46,324 nt of DNA from a virus. The position numbers and the translations under genes were made by a program. Shown here one piece after another: positions 20,451 through 31,364 of the stretch. The notes beneath the pieces are model-generated. The model ran no database searches, had not been told where the DNA came from, and was given only the letters and a program-made list of their open reading frames with translations. The stretch lies in IMG/VR virus record IMGVR_UViG_3300005844_000013; one strand, written 5' to 3'. The first letter of the stretch is position 1; every line of letters begins with the position of its first letter.

Positions 20451-20896
20451 GGTTTCTCCTGCCCTTTCCGTTGCAGCGCGTTGTGCTCGATACCAAGCGC
20501 TTCGAGCTTCTTGTTCACGTTGTTTGCCTCGCGCGATGCCTCCAGCGCGTTCACGTTCGCATCGCGGCTGATGGCCGTGTTCTCGGCGATCATCGCCGTG
20601 AGCTTTTTGTTCTCCGCGAGGAGTTCCTGGGCGACGATGCGCGCGGCATCCTTGGCGACAGTAGCCACCGCCGCGGCGACCCGTTCCTCGCGTGCGCGCA
20701 ACTCGGTAACGGTGCCGAAATGCTCGGCGCTGCTTTCATTCCGAAGTGTGCGCTGCCTACGCCCAAGGATGAGAGTTGCGAGCACCTGAACGGTCGCCAT
20801 CGCGGCGAGCAGGACGGCAGTGTTGACGTTGCGGTCGAACCAGCCCTGCGGTGGCAGAACGGCGAGTTGGATCATCAGTAGGAGCGCGGTGAGCAT
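20447..20896 (-). CDS. Membrane protein with two N-terminal TM helices and a coiled-coil tail (holin/spanin-type lysis accessory)
   Basis: 149 aa from ATG 20896, which shares one nt with the endolysin stop (TGATG). Track ORF trimmed. Confidence 0.55.
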   Translation of the reverse strand: MLTALLLMIQLAVLPPQGWFDRNVNTAVLLAAMATVQVLATLILGRRQRTLRNESSAEHFGTVTELRAREERVAAAVATVAKDAARIVAQELLAENKKLTAMIAENTAISRDANVNALEASREANNVNKKLEALGIEHNALQRKGQEKP

Positions 20897-21336
20897 CACC
20901 CCGGCAGCTCCGCGTGCGGCATGTCGTTGAGCGACTCGTCCGGATCGGGGACGACCGGCCAGCCGTCCCCGTCCCAATCGCCGCCCCAGCGCAATCCGAA
21001 TCGTTGGAAAAGCTGCCCGAGGCTCCAGTAGAGCGCGACGAGCATCGCCCTGTCGAAACCCTCGACGTTGTCGATGTACGCGCCGTCGCTCAGCCGGAAG
21101 ATCCCGAAGTCGATCGCGCGCGTCGGCTTCGTGTTGTGCTTGCTCTCCCGCTGCACCCCATCGAAGCGCGACTTGCCCGCCTTGAACGCGACCATCTGCT
21201 CAGCAGCGGTTCGGAACACTTCGATGGGGCGCGCCTCGTAGCCGAGCGGCCGGAACGTCGCGTTGTACCGGTCGGTCGCCGCCGTCACTTTCGCAACGAG
21301 CGTCGAGTCAGCGTCGGCGTAATCCCTGGTCGGCAT
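20896..21336 (-). CDS. Endolysin, peptidase M15 family (L-alanyl-D-glutamate / D-Ala-D-Ala peptidase type)
   Basis: 146 aa. Zinc-ligand motifs SKHNTKPTRAIDF (SxH...D) and WGGDW...DMPHAE (D..H.E). Confidence 0.85.
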   Translation of the reverse strand: MPTRDYADADSTLVAKVTAATDRYNATFRPLGYEARPIEVFRTAAEQMVAFKAGKSRFDGVQRESKHNTKPTRAIDFGIFRLSDGAYIDNVEGFDRAMLVALYWSLGQLFQRFGLRWGGDWDGDGWPVVPDPDESLNDMPHAELPG

Positions 21337-21728
21337 CAGGACTCGTCGGTTTCGTCGGACCCGTACCCGGCGAGCTTCTGGCCGAATTCCAGCAGCTCGT
21401 GCTTGTAGTCGTCGAATTCGGCGGCGGTCGGCGAGACGATTCCCACGATGCCCGCGCGGAAGTGGTCGATGCGCTCCGCGAAATCACACGCCTGCTGCGA
21501 GTATTCGGCCGCCTCTTCCTCGTAGCCCTTCGTCATGCCCAAGGCGTCCATCTTCTCGTACGCCACGATGTAGCGGTCGATGTACTGCGCCATGCCGTGA
21601 GCCGCGATGCGTTCGGCCGGCTGAGTGTCGGACATGTTTGCGAACTGATCCGCAGCGACGGCGAGGGCGCCGCAGTCGATGATGATCTTGCAGGGAATGC
21701 AGTTCATACGCTTCTTCGTGGTAGCCAT
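21336..21728 (-). CDS. Hypothetical acidic protein
   Basis: 130-aa track ORF whose stop shares one nt with the endolysin ATG. Confidence 0.6.
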   Translation of the reverse strand: MATTKKRMNCIPCKIIIDCGALAVAADQFANMSDTQPAERIAAHGMAQYIDRYIVAYEKMDALGMTKGYEEEAAEYSQQACDFAERIDHFRAGIVGIVSPTAAEFDDYKHELLEFGQKLAGYGSDETDES

Positions 21729-21743
21729 CGGTCTCTCCTTCGT

Positions 21744-22154
21744 TTACGGTTGTTTCGATTCCAGTTTGATGACGCGCTCGCGGGTGTTGGTCTGATACGC
21801 GTTCTGAGTTCGTTCGTCCTCGTCGTGACGAAGTACGAAAGAATCGTACTCCCTCCGCAACGTTCCGACCAATCCGGTAAGCGCGTTCACGCCATCATGC
21901 TCGGTGTTCCACGCTTTGAGGACATCTTCCTGTTTCTTCTCGAAGCTCGACATCCGCCCGAGAAGATCCCGATTGAAGTTGTCCTGGTTACGCTTGAACT
22001 CCTCGAAGTCGCGCCGCTGGTTGAGGTCAGCGGTTGCCTGATTCACCGACGATCGCCAGTACGTCACGCCCTGCGCCAGAAGGAAAACGAAGATCGTGAA
22101 AAGGAACTCCGGTTTCTGGTACCACCGCCGCTCTTGCCCTCGCGCTTCGGTCAT
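21744..22154 (-). CDS. Type-II membrane protein with a coiled-coil ectodomain (i-spanin-like)
   Basis: 136 aa with a single N-terminal TM helix ([17 protein letters not shown]) and a charged helical remainder. ATGA overlap with the upstream gene. Confidence 0.55.
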   Translation of the reverse strand: MTEARGQERRWYQKPEFLFTIFVFLLAQGVTYWRSSVNQATADLNQRRDFEEFKRNQDNFNRDLLGRMSSFEKKQEDVLKAWNTEHDGVNALTGLVGTLRREYDSFVLRHDEDERTQNAYQTNTRERVIKLESKQP

Positions 22155-24637
22155 TTGAATTCCTTGCCGCCGTAGATGCGCTTAAAGTAGGAATAGATGT
22201 CTGGATACTTGCTCTGCAACTCACGCGGAGTGAGAACGTACACAGCATTGAATTCCGCAAAGCTATGCCACCCGCCGCCCTCCTTCATGGTACGGGAGTC
22301 CTGATCCATTCCAGAACCAGAGCTTTCATAGTCTTTGATGATTCTCGGGATTTTGGCCTCCAGCGCATCGACCTTGTCGTACATGCGCTCATACTCGGCC
22401 CGGCGCGCATTACTCAGAACCTGCAAGCCGCCCTTCGGATCAGATTCGGCCATAGCATTCAGCTCGTTTATGGCGCTTTTCCACGGCGCAACGTATCGAT
22501 TGTGAATCTGCTGCCACGCCACGCGCTCCGGTTGAGTTAAATCCCTCTCGAACATTGCATGCCCGTATTCATGCAACTCAGTGGTGATGCCCGAACCCTT
22601 CGCGGTCTGAATAATGTTTGGGTCGTCGGGCTGCATGTACATCCCAGCCTTCCACTTAGAAGGCACCTTTCCCGAGCGGTCGAGAACTCCCGAGCGTTGT
22701 TCGGGTACATCGCTGCCGTAAAGGCCTGATGCCCCCAAATAGTCGCCATTACGATTACGAATAATTCCGTCGAGTGGGGACATGCCAATCACCGATCTCG
22801 CCGTCTTGAACCGAGCCGGAAGCAGTTCGGCAATTGGCATGCTGCGAATCTGCGCAACCCGTCGAGAATCTACTGGAAATTCATGCGAACCCTCGTATTC
22901 CGCACCCCGCTGGAGGACGCCCGCGCCATCGCTCCCGCCATACATCGCGGCCTGATCTTCATGCAGTTTCTTCGCGTACGCGGTTGCCTCGCTGGCGCTT
23001 CCGAAGATCCCAAGATGCTTCCCTGTGCGGCGATATTCGCTGACGGCCTCCGCATTCGTCATGATCCGACCGTCATCACTCACGGTAGGAATCAACACCT
23101 CGCCCTTTGGCGTACCAAACGACATCGAGCGCACGGTGCTGATTGAACCGTCACCATTCTTCACGACCGGACGTCTCGTCAGATCGATATTGCCAGGGAC
23201 GAGGGGCGCAGTGGCGACACTCCGCGTAACAACTTCGCTCTGACCGCCGGGCGCTGATTGCTTCAGTTGCGATTGCGAAAGGTCAGTCGTACGGGCCGTT
23301 GGCTCTTGCTTCAGGATCGATTCCAGCTTGGGCTTCGGCGCAGCGCTCTTCTTCGACGTGTTGAGTTTCTGAATCGTGGCGGTGAGCGGACGAGAGGCGG
23401 TGCGCATGCCCGTGCCGATCGCGGCGGGTACTCCAGCCATAACGCCAGTCTTCGATGCCACGTGGACAAGCGCGCCGATCGGGTGACCATGCGCCAAGAG
23501 AACGAGGTCGCTGAGCGAGAGCGGCGATTCGCGCATCTTGACTGGAATACGCCGTACGATGGCCTGCTCGATCGGCATCAGGTCGCCGAGTTGCTTATTG
23601 ATGGCGATTAACTCCGGAGGCGTGGCCTGCTCGATGGCGCCTTTAAGTTTCGAGTAGTACGTGTTTGCAACCGCTTCCATCGTCTTATCCGCGTCCGTCT
23701 TCCCGTACGACCATGCGCCCTTCAGGCCAACGGCGCGCTTCAAGGTCTGCGCTTCATCAATGCTGACAGCATTCCCGATCGCGGCGGCGTCTTCTTTGAA
23801 GCGGTCGATCGCGTTCCTGATCGCCGTCGCATCGCCTGGGCTCTTGATTCGTCCGGCGCGCGACAGAAGTTCTTGCTCGGTGTCGGCCAACGCTTGCGTG
23901 AGATCAACGGTTCCGGGGCTGTTCGCCGTGATGCTCCGCAACTCAGTCACGAGCTTCGTGATCTTCTCGTTTACCGCCTTCAGCGCACGCGGGAGGGTCG
24001 CCCGCCCAACGCCGTACGCATCCACGTTCTCCGGCTTGAACCCGGCCGCGATGTCGGCCGACGTTGGGCGCATCAGCGACATCTGCATCTTTGCGCCGAG
24101 CGCCTTCATGAACTTGGCCGTTCCCTCGAAGAGTGCCGGGAGAACGGCGCCGGTCGCCGCGTTCACTACCGCCTCTTGATCCGTGCCACCCTGCGCCTTC
24201 GTGACGCCAGCTCCGGAGATCGCCGCTGATGCCGTACGGGCCATCTTCGGGATCTTCGTGAGCGCTGGCGCAATCTTCGTCAGGCCCTTCGCCACGGCAC
24301 CCTCACCGGCCATGAACTCCGCGCCCTGCTCGGTGAACCTTCCGAGGCGCTGACCCGCATTCGACGGTTCAAGCGCGGCTTCAATCTTGGGGCTCCGTAC
24401 GGTGTCGGCGGGTTGGCCCTGGATGGTGTTGGCGACGCCCTTGTAGAGGTTGTAAGCGGTGCTGCCGATGCCCTTCAACTGGCCAGCGATGATGTTGCCT
24501 GGATTGAGCGTCGAGGCCTTCTCCGCGAAGCTTTGGGCGCGCGGCGGGGGTGCGGTCGGTCGCGGTGCTGCCGCAGGAACATCCTCCCACTGATCGTCGT
24601 CAACATCGACCCACTCGTCAGCGGCTACGGGTGCCAT
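22151..24637 (-). CDS. Large internal virion/ejection protein with a C-terminal HExxH metallopeptidase-like motif
   Basis: 828 aa, the last and largest of the post-nozzle proteins (T7 gp16-like position). Motifs [26 protein letters not shown]...VLIPTV and [13 protein letters not shown]. Confidence 0.6.
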   Translation of the reverse strand: MAPVAADEWVDVDDDQWEDVPAAAPRPTAPPPRAQSFAEKASTLNPGNIIAGQLKGIGSTAYNLYKGVANTIQGQPADTVRSPKIEAALEPSNAGQRLGRFTEQGAEFMAGEGAVAKGLTKIAPALTKIPKMARTASAAISGAGVTKAQGGTDQEAVVNAATGAVLPALFEGTAKFMKALGAKMQMSLMRPTSADIAAGFKPENVDAYGVGRATLPRALKAVNEKITKLVTELRSITANSPGTVDLTQALADTEQELLSRAGRIKSPGDATAIRNAIDRFKEDAAAIGNAVSIDEAQTLKRAVGLKGAWSYGKTDADKTMEAVANTYYSKLKGAIEQATPPELIAINKQLGDLMPIEQAIVRRIPVKMRESPLSLSDLVLLAHGHPIGALVHVASKTGVMAGVPAAIGTGMRTASRPLTATIQKLNTSKKSAAPKPKLESILKQEPTARTTDLSQSQLKQSAPGGQSEVVTRSVATAPLVPGNIDLTRRPVVKNGDGSISTVRSMSFGTPKGEVLIPTVSDDGRIMTNAEAVSEYRRTGKHLGIFGSASEATAYAKKLHEDQAAMYGGSDGAGVLQRGAEYEGSHEFPVDSRRVAQIRSMPIAELLPARFKTARSVIGMSPLDGIIRNRNGDYLGASGLYGSDVPEQRSGVLDRSGKVPSKWKAGMYMQPDDPNIIQTAKGSGITTELHEYGHAMFERDLTQPERVAWQQIHNRYVAPWKSAINELNAMAESDPKGGLQVLSNARRAEYERMYDKVDALEAKIPRIIKDYESSGSGMDQDSRTMKEGGGWHSFAEFNAVYVLTPRELQSKYPDIYSYFKRIYGGKEFK

Positions 24638-26172
24638 GTCGCACCACCATCATCCGAGTAGACCGTGCGGCGTTCCCCGGTGGCCTTGTTGACCTGTTCC
24701 TTCGACATGCGGCCACCGCCAGTCCCAGCGCTTGGCGCGGCAGCAGCAGATGGTGCACCACCGCCGCCGAGCGGCACAACGTTTCCGTTCTCCAGCGCGT
24801 CCGGATCGATGCCGAACTTGCTCAGCGTCTTGCGCGACCCGTCGCTGAGGATCTGAAAATCTTTCGGCTTGCCCATGCCCTGCTGATACTGCGAGGCGAG
24901 AGCTGAGAGTCGTCCGCCCATCAGTTCAATCATCGTGTTGATCGCGCCGTGAAGCTGCTCGGGTGACATGTTCGGCTTCAGGTTCTCCCGCCATGCTTTG
25001 ATTTCTTGATCCGTCGCGCCTGTCCCCTTGAAGACGCTCGCCATCTCCGATTCAACCGCGTTGGCGGCGTTCTGGAAGTTCGTGACCTTTGGCGAGCCGG
25101 TTTGTTTGCTGAAGAAGTTGCCGACGGTGTTGGCGATCTGCACTTCGCTATTGTCCATCTTGTCGACGGCTTCTGAAAGCGAGGCAAGATGCTTGACCGC
25201 CGTGTTGATCGAGCGGATGTTCCGCGCGCCCATCCCGGAGTTGAAGTCTTGGCGCAACTTGTTTCGTGACGCGAACTGCGTCATGTCATAGCTCGGGTCG
25301 TACTGGAGGACTTCCTTGATGAGCCGATTCCGTTCGCTCCCTGCATCCTTCGGGTTGCGAAGAGATGCCACCTTTGTAGGATCGACGAAATAGCCCGCAA
25401 TTGACTTGATGAGCCGCTGTTCTGACGGTGGGAGTGTGTTCAGGAAGGCTTCGCCGATCGGGCCTCCGCCGTCGGCAGGCACGGCGGCTGACGTGGCCGT
25501 ATTCTTTGCGCGCGCGTTAGCTCGCGACTCCAGCGCATCGGCCGTCATTTTGTCGGTGAACGGTCCATTCCTGAACTTGATTTCGGAGCGTACGTTCTCC
25601 GTCTTTGGCCCAGCCGTGAACGTCGTTTCGGCGTTGGCCAGCCCGGTCTGGGCGGTGCGTAGTGGCCCCTGCGTTTTCTCCACCAGCGCCACATCGGCGG
25701 AAGGGTCCATCTTGGCTTCGATGCGCGCTTGGCTGGTCTGCGGATTCGTTGGGTCATTCGTCTTGATGATGTCGGAAAGCTGCTGCTGCCTGAACGGTTC
25801 CTTCCCAACCTCGCCGGTATTGAAAACGATCGTCGGATCGGTGTTCGTCGCCGTGCCGCCCTTCATCCGATTGGCGGCTTCGATCTGAACCTGACGCTTC
25901 GCTTCCTCGAATTCATCGGGCGGCAAATCCTCGATGTTCGGGATGTACCGCGCCGCAGACGGATCTGCCTGCGCGAGCTGACTGCGCACCGCCCGTAATT
26001 GCTGAGGGTTGGCCTTGCGTGCGATGGCGTACTGCATCACGGCATCGGCGCGAGCGCGCGCCTTCGAGTCCTCATCCGCCGCCGCCTTGTCCGATCGGCC
26101 ACGGATTACGTTCGCCAGCCCGCCGATTGCATCGGAGAGCCTTGGGCGGTTGTTCGTGATTACCTGCGTCAT
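24625..26172 (-). CDS. Internal virion/ejection protein
   Basis: 515 aa. Position in the post-nozzle series. Helical, Ala/Gln/Asn-rich composition. Confidence 0.55.
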   Translation of the reverse strand: MTQVITNNRPRLSDAIGGLANVIRGRSDKAAADEDSKARARADAVMQYAIARKANPQQLRAVRSQLAQADPSAARYIPNIEDLPPDEFEEAKRQVQIEAANRMKGGTATNTDPTIVFNTGEVGKEPFRQQQLSDIIKTNDPTNPQTSQARIEAKMDPSADVALVEKTQGPLRTAQTGLANAETTFTAGPKTENVRSEIKFRNGPFTDKMTADALESRANARAKNTATSAAVPADGGGPIGEAFLNTLPPSEQRLIKSIAGYFVDPTKVASLRNPKDAGSERNRLIKEVLQYDPSYDMTQFASRNKLRQDFNSGMGARNIRSINTAVKHLASLSEAVDKMDNSEVQIANTVGNFFSKQTGSPKVTNFQNAANAVESEMASVFKGTGATDQEIKAWRENLKPNMSPEQLHGAINTMIELMGGRLSALASQYQQGMGKPKDFQILSDGSRKTLSKFGIDPDALENGNVVPLGGGGAPSAAAAPSAGTGGGRMSKEQVNKATGERRTVYSDDGGATWHP

Positions 26173-26181
26173 CGCGTCATC

Positions 26182-28107
26182 CTACGGCTGCACGTACACG
26201 GGCGGATTCGGGCCGAATGCCCCGGCGATCTTCGCGGCCAGGTCAGGCGTGATCCCGGCGTTGATGAGGTAACCGAGTTCGGTGATGTACGCATTCTGAT
26301 CGCCCTGATAGAGCCCCGCCTGGAGCTTCGCCCAATCAAGAGTGTTGCTCATGCCGAACATCTTCTCTTCGGAAGCGATCTTGGCGAGCGCTGCACCAGC
26401 ACCGGCATTCGCGGCGGCTGAGGCAGCGGCGGCGTGGAGTTGCGCTGCGCTGATCGCGGCATTCGCGTCGATCTTCGCTTTGTCGATTCCGAGCTGGCCG
26501 AGGTAGCGCTGCAAGAGGTCGTTCTTGTCGATGCCGAGTTTCGTAATCGTGTCCGAGTCCGCCGAGTTGAGCCACCGTTGCAAATCCGCGTTGGTCTTGA
26601 TGCCGAAGCGCTGCGTGGCGTCCTGCATCTGCGCGATGGCAAGCTGTGATGCACGGTTCAGGGCCGCCTCGGTATGCTCTGCGAGTTGCCCGCCCTGTTG
26701 CGCGGCGAGTAAAGCGATGTTGCGATCCAGCGACTCGTTGAAGCCACCGGAGTCCGTCTTGCCGGTCAGAGCACCTTGGGCGCGGAGGACGCGAGCGAGG
26801 TCCGACTGCTGGCGCTCGAACTGTGGGCCGTAGAACTTCCCCATGATGTCGGCGATGTCGGTTGGGGTCTGGCCTCCGGCGACAGTCGGGTTCCACGGTG
26901 CAGGGGGCTCTGGAGGCGGCGTGGCGGCGGGAGGGATAGATGGTGGCGTAGCCGCAGATGGAGGCGCAGCGGCGGCAGGGGACGCCTGCGGGGCCATTTC
27001 GGGCGTTGGGGCCGGTGCGTTGGGGTAGGTCTGCGCGTACCACGTCTTGAAATCCAGCCCCTGATCCCGGCGGGCGGCAAATTGCGCCTGCGCCTCTTCG
27101 GGCGATGGCGGGGCGGTCGGAATCCACGCGTTGCCTCCCGAGGTTTGGGTTGGCGTTGTCGCAGGGGGGGTCGTTGGCGTCTGTGCCGGAGTCGGACCGC
27201 CAGCCTTCAGCCACTCCGTAATGCTCCCCTGGAAGCCCGAGGTTCGGTAGGCCGTGACCGTGCCGCCGGTGATGTTCGCATACGACGGATCGAGGTACTG
27301 AAATTTCCTGTACCACGACGCCGCGACTTCGGGATCTTCGGTGCCCGGTGGCTTCGGCGGCGGGTTTTGCGGCCCGTACGGCATGCCGCCAGCGTCGTGC
27401 GTGTCGTTGCCGGTGTTCATTGTGCCGGGAGTGACCTGTGGAGGCGCTACGGCGCGCTCCCGCGTGCCTCCTGTCGGTGCGGCAGTCGGCGGCACCGGGA
27501 CGACAGGCTGCGACGGAGAGGGCGCGGGCTGACCATCGGGGATTTGCACCTCTGGCGTGGCCTGCTGTTGCAACGGTGTCGGTCCAGGTGTGCCGCCAGG
27601 AATGCCGGCAGTCGCGCCGCTCGCCGGGATTGCGCCCGACGGCTGAGCCTCGGCTTCCGGTGACGATTGAATGACTCCAGCAAGCGTGCTCGCGCTCGAT
27701 GTAGTGAGCGTCGGCACGGGCGGAATCGCGTCGGGATGGAACGGCGGCGGCGGAAGCGACGGCTGTTGCTGTGGTGCTGGCGCGGGAGTGGGTGTCGCCG
27801 TCTGAGCCTTCATCGCAGGAGGAGGAGGGGCATTGCTGCCCATCAGGACGGACGCCAGCGGAGAAGCTTGCGGCTGAGCGGGCGTGGCCGGTTGCGCCGG
27901 TTTCGGAGGAGGATTCCAGACCATCGGCGCATCGTGAAAGGCCGCGTACGGATTGGTCTTTCCGCCGCCACCGGTAGCGCGTTCCTGCTGATTCTGTCTG
28001 GCGGCGGGCGTGTTGGTCCCAAGAATCCCGTACAGCGAATCGGCCGAAGGTTTCTCGGTGTATTCGGGAGCCTGAGGAGTGCCATAGTTGTAGCTGTATC
28101 CCGCCAC
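26182..28107 (-). CDS. Internal virion/ejection protein with a ~430-aa Pro/Ala/Thr/Gln-rich N-terminal region
   Basis: 641 aa. The low-complexity N-terminal two thirds are followed by a helical C-terminal third. The shadow ORF 26336..28219 was rejected. Confidence 0.6.
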   Translation of the reverse strand: MAGYSYNYGTPQAPEYTEKPSADSLYGILGTNTPAARQNQQERATGGGGKTNPYAAFHDAPMVWNPPPKPAQPATPAQPQASPLASVLMGSNAPPPPAMKAQTATPTPAPAPQQQPSLPPPPFHPDAIPPVPTLTTSSASTLAGVIQSSPEAEAQPSGAIPASGATAGIPGGTPGPTPLQQQATPEVQIPDGQPAPSPSQPVVPVPPTAAPTGGTRERAVAPPQVTPGTMNTGNDTHDAGGMPYGPQNPPPKPPGTEDPEVAASWYRKFQYLDPSYANITGGTVTAYRTSGFQGSITEWLKAGGPTPAQTPTTPPATTPTQTSGGNAWIPTAPPSPEEAQAQFAARRDQGLDFKTWYAQTYPNAPAPTPEMAPQASPAAAAPPSAATPPSIPPAATPPPEPPAPWNPTVAGGQTPTDIADIMGKFYGPQFERQQSDLARVLRAQGALTGKTDSGGFNESLDRNIALLAAQQGGQLAEHTEAALNRASQLAIAQMQDATQRFGIKTNADLQRWLNSADSDTITKLGIDKNDLLQRYLGQLGIDKAKIDANAAISAAQLHAAAASAAANAGAGAALAKIASEEKMFGMSNTLDWAKLQAGLYQGDQNAYITELGYLINAGITPDLAAKIAGAFGPNPPVYVQP

Positions 28108-28118
28108 GTTCGTTTACC

Positions 28119-28691
28119 TCACGGACCGGTAGGAGGCGGCGTTGTCGCGCCCCCTCCGATGATCTTCGCCAGTTCTGCCGCTGACATTCGGGCGCCCGGC
28201 GTGTAGCCCGTCTCGCCACGCTTCAGAGCGTTGATGTCGAGCGTACTGCGGTTGCTCAGGTCGTGCTGAAGGATCGGCATCGCCATCGCGGCCGTGTTCG
28301 GCGTTTGCTTCAGCACGCCCATCGCCCAATCAAGCATCTGTTTCTGTTCAGGTGACATCGGCGGGAACTGGAAAGATCCCTTCTTCTGCGACTCGTAGAC
28401 GCTGGTGGCGAAAGCGAGCCAATCGAGAACCGAGGCGCCGCCGATGGTCTTGCCGAGGACTGACGCGCCAGTCTTTGCAGCAGGAGCGGCGCCCCCCGGC
28501 GATCCTGCCCCGCCGCCGGGAGCTCCAGCGCCGCCTCCCGGCGCGCCCGTTTGCGGCTTCGTGGGCTCGTACCGCCCCGTCTTGGGGTTGTACGAGATGA
28601 CGCTGCCGGGCGTATAGGACCCCGCGCCCTCATCCGGTAATGGCGTCGGTTTGAGCGGGTTCCCGTTCTCGTCCCATTGATTTGTCGCCAT
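28119..28691 (-). CDS. Small internal virion protein (190 aa from MATNQWDENG...)
   Basis: Track ORF 28119..29051 trimmed to ATG 28691, which shares one nt with the upstream stop. Contains a GAPGGGAG tandem. Confidence 0.55.
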   Translation of the reverse strand: MATNQWDENGNPLKPTPLPDEGAGSYTPGSVISYNPKTGRYEPTKPQTGAPGGGAGAPGGGAGSPGGAAPAAKTGASVLGKTIGGASVLDWLAFATSVYESQKKGSFQFPPMSPEQKQMLDWAMGVLKQTPNTAAMAMPILQHDLSNRSTLDINALKRGETGYTPGARMSAAELAKIIGGGATTPPPTGP

Positions 28692-29032
28692 CAGACTCTC
28701 CCGACGAACACAGTGTAACGCCCAACCGCCGAGGCGTGAAACGTGACCGACGTTTCGTCCCACGTCCCTTTGTCGTCGTCGTCCAACCACCAATTGCCGT
28801 CGACGTTGGGCTCCACGTCGATTCGGTTGGGCACCTTGCCGAGTGAGTGCGTGACGGTGACGGTCCCGCCGTTCACCGAGCAGAAGCCGGGTACGCCTTC
28901 CGCCCACGACACGACGCCGCGCAGATTGTTTTTCAGCGCCGACGTGATGTTGTCGAGCGTCGCTATCGAAACTGGCGTGACATCTTTCATCAGAGAGAAC
29001 TCGCGATCGTAGTCGGAAGCGACAGCGGCCAT
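28691..29032 (-). CDS. Small virion structural protein
   Basis: 113-aa track ORF directly downstream of the nozzle-like gene (T7 gp13-like position). Confidence 0.55.
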   Translation of the reverse strand: MAAVASDYDREFSLMKDVTPVSIATLDNITSALKNNLRGVVSWAEGVPGFCSVNGGTVTVTHSLGKVPNRIDVEPNVDGNWWLDDDDKGTWDETSVTFHASAVGRYTVFVGRV

Positions 29033-31302
29033 TCGCCAGCGAGAAGTTCAAGGTACGCCTCGCCGCCGGAGAGCGCCCATGCTGCCGCGCCGAGCGATCC
29101 GACGTGATCGATCTTAGCGGTGGCGGTCACCCCGCTCTGGTACAGGCCGAGAGAGATGCGATCCTTCGTCGGGTCGAAGCGCACCTCGTCATACTTCGGG
29201 TACGTCACGCCGCGATCAAAAGAAACGTACGCGTAGAGCGCTTCACCGGCCTGCGTGTAGGTCGCGATGTGATACAGCCCTACCTCGTGCAGGCACAGCT
29301 CCGCCCGCGGGGTGGCCAGCTCGAACGGTTTGAGGACTAGCGATTTCGTTCCCGCGTACGTCGTAGCCGTGTTGTTCAACTCGTCCTGCTGAGTCAGCGA
29401 TTCGTCGAGGCGGCAGAGTCCCTGTCCTCCGTACGCGACGTACATCCGCTGCGTGGTGGGGTTGTAGGCCAGCGCGTTGACTTCGGCGCCGTTCGGGGTG
29501 GTGTGGCGCGTCCATGCCCCGTCGTACCGGAGATGGCAGCAGTAGAGTTTCCCCTTCTGCGTGTAGACCCACACCTCCCGGTTTTTTCTGTCCACGGCGA
29601 GCAGCGGCCGGTTGTACGTGGCCTGCGAAGGAACCCAATTGCTCCCGTTCGCAAGGATCTCTTCGCGCATGCCGTCGCCGAAGAACGGTTTCGGATCATC
29701 GAGCCCTTTCATCCGGTAGCCGTCGTTCTCGCTGATCCAGAACATTTCATCGTCGCCGTCGTCGTCGATCGCCAAGGAGCCCAGCAACCCGATCGCACGC
29801 GGCAACCGTTCCGGCAGCAGCGGGTTGTCTGGGTCATCCGTCCCGATGAACTGCCACATCCCGCGGCGCTTGAACATGAAGTACCGACCCGAATGGACGC
29901 GCGCGCCGGTCGCATGGCCGGCGATCTCCTTCGGCTCAAAATTGTTCGCTCCACGGATCGCCTCGGGGTCGCTCGTTTCTGACCATACGATCGCCTCCAG
30001 GTTGATCGTGGCCGACGTCGCGGTCTCTGTGTTGAAGAACGGGAAATAGTAATCGCCGATGGTGAGCTGTTGGCCGTAGTTTTTCTTCGCGGGGTCTCCA
30101 TCTGCGAGACCATCGCGCAGCGAAACTTCAACCGTCGCGAGCGTGATTGTCGGCGTTGACGTGTTGAAGAACTTCAGGCGTGGTGCGTACTGCGTGGTGT
30201 TCGTGGCGCGCGGCGCCGTCATCGTCAGAAAGTACGTGTTGAAGTTGGGGGATTCGGTTGCGGTCGGGAGGTACATCTCGCGTGAGGCTACGACTTCCCG
30301 CCCCTCGTTCGTCCATGTGACGGTGTTGTCCGTCGTCGTACCGCCCAAGGTCGCGTTCCACGCTGGCGTACCGCCTCCCGAGGTTCCTGCCGTCGTGCAG
30401 CGTTGCCTGCTGGTGCCGTCGCTGATTAGGTCGCCGACGACGTACGCCGTCGCGACCTGCCAATTCGTCACGAGAAACCATTCCATCGTGATCGGCATCT
30501 TGTATGTCGCGTGCGTATTTCGTAGATCACTTCGCCACATCGCATTGCGTTTCGTCGCGGCGGCGCTGAAGGAGGCCGGACCGACGTTCACAACGCCGAA
30601 CGAGAAATACGCCGTGAAGGCCGCCGTCGTGGATGTCGGGAGAAGTCGGCTGATGGTCACCCCGCCGCTCGTAATGTTGCTCGCCGACACCGCGCTCTTG
30701 TTCCACCCAGGAATTCCGAAGTCGTACATTCCGGTGATACCAGACGCGCCAACGGTCAACGGTGTCACCGTCACGCGCGGGTAGGCGAGGATGAGGCGAT
30801 CAATGAATGCGGTGATGGTTCGCGAAACGATCGGCGAGTTGAAGGGCGTGGGCGAGATGTTCGTGCCATCGAAGACGGCGGCGGCGGTCGGGAATCCGGC
30901 ACCGTCGTCCATCATGTAATAGACCTTGCCGCGGTAATTCGCATGCCCCGTGACCCGCGATGCCGTCAACGTGCCGGTGATCGCGCTGCTCCACGTCTCC
31001 CCACTTGCCGCCTTCACGTACAAGTTTCGCGAGGTGTCGAGCGCGCAGAAACGGGTCTGCGAGTTGACCAGATCCTCGAAGCGCATCAGGCCCGAAATGT
31101 TCATGAGTGAGTCGTACTTGAACGGAGGACGCGCATCGAGGCGCGGCCCTGGGCGAATCAGCATGTTCTCGATGAGGCGCGCGTAGCCATCCGGGATCGT
31201 TGCCGCGTTGCCGGCGAGGTATGAGCCTTTCCACCACAAGAGCGGGACTGGTCGCGGGTCAACGGCCACTGACGGCGGGATCAGTTTCCGAGTCCGAGTC
31301 AT
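28990..31302 (-). CDS. Large tail (nozzle / tail tubular B-like) protein
   Basis: 770 aa, beta-rich. Its size and its position after the adaptor-like gene and before the ejection proteins match podovirus nozzle proteins. This is a positional inference only. Confidence 0.5.
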   Translation of the reverse strand: MTRTRKLIPPSVAVDPRPVPLLWWKGSYLAGNAATIPDGYARLIENMLIRPGPRLDARPPFKYDSLMNISGLMRFEDLVNSQTRFCALDTSRNLYVKAASGETWSSAITGTLTASRVTGHANYRGKVYYMMDDGAGFPTAAAVFDGTNISPTPFNSPIVSRTITAFIDRLILAYPRVTVTPLTVGASGITGMYDFGIPGWNKSAVSASNITSGGVTISRLLPTSTTAAFTAYFSFGVVNVGPASFSAAATKRNAMWRSDLRNTHATYKMPITMEWFLVTNWQVATAYVVGDLISDGTSRQRCTTAGTSGGGTPAWNATLGGTTTDNTVTWTNEGREVVASREMYLPTATESPNFNTYFLTMTAPRATNTTQYAPRLKFFNTSTPTITLATVEVSLRDGLADGDPAKKNYGQQLTIGDYYFPFFNTETATSATINLEAIVWSETSDPEAIRGANNFEPKEIAGHATGARVHSGRYFMFKRRGMWQFIGTDDPDNPLLPERLPRAIGLLGSLAIDDDGDDEMFWISENDGYRMKGLDDPKPFFGDGMREEILANGSNWVPSQATYNRPLLAVDRKNREVWVYTQKGKLYCCHLRYDGAWTRHTTPNGAEVNALAYNPTTQRMYVAYGGQGLCRLDESLTQQDELNNTATTYAGTKSLVLKPFELATPRAELCLHEVGLYHIATYTQAGEALYAYVSFDRGVTYPKYDEVRFDPTKDRISLGLYQSGVTATAKIDHVGSLGAAAWALSGGEAYLELLAGEWPLSLPTTIASSL

Positions 31303-31312
31303 GCGACCCCAT

Positions 31313-31342
31313 TTGCGCCATTTGTAACAACGCGACTACACT
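31313..31342 (+). promoter_or_regulatory. Candidate promoter of the opposite-strand moron: TTGCGC-18 nt-TACACT
   Basis: Lies in the 62-nt gap upstream of 31365. AAGGAG follows at 31351, 8 nt before the ATG. Confidence 0.4.
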
Positions 31343-31364
31343 CCTGCCGTAAGGAGAAATTCCA

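Noticed and set aside
26336-28219. 627-aa - strand ORF and several + strand ORFs overlapping 26182..28107
   Set aside because: Alternative frames of Pro-rich (CCN-rich) coding sequence translate as Arg/Ala/Gly runs. The chosen frame ends in a well-behaved helical domain and fits the gene spacing.
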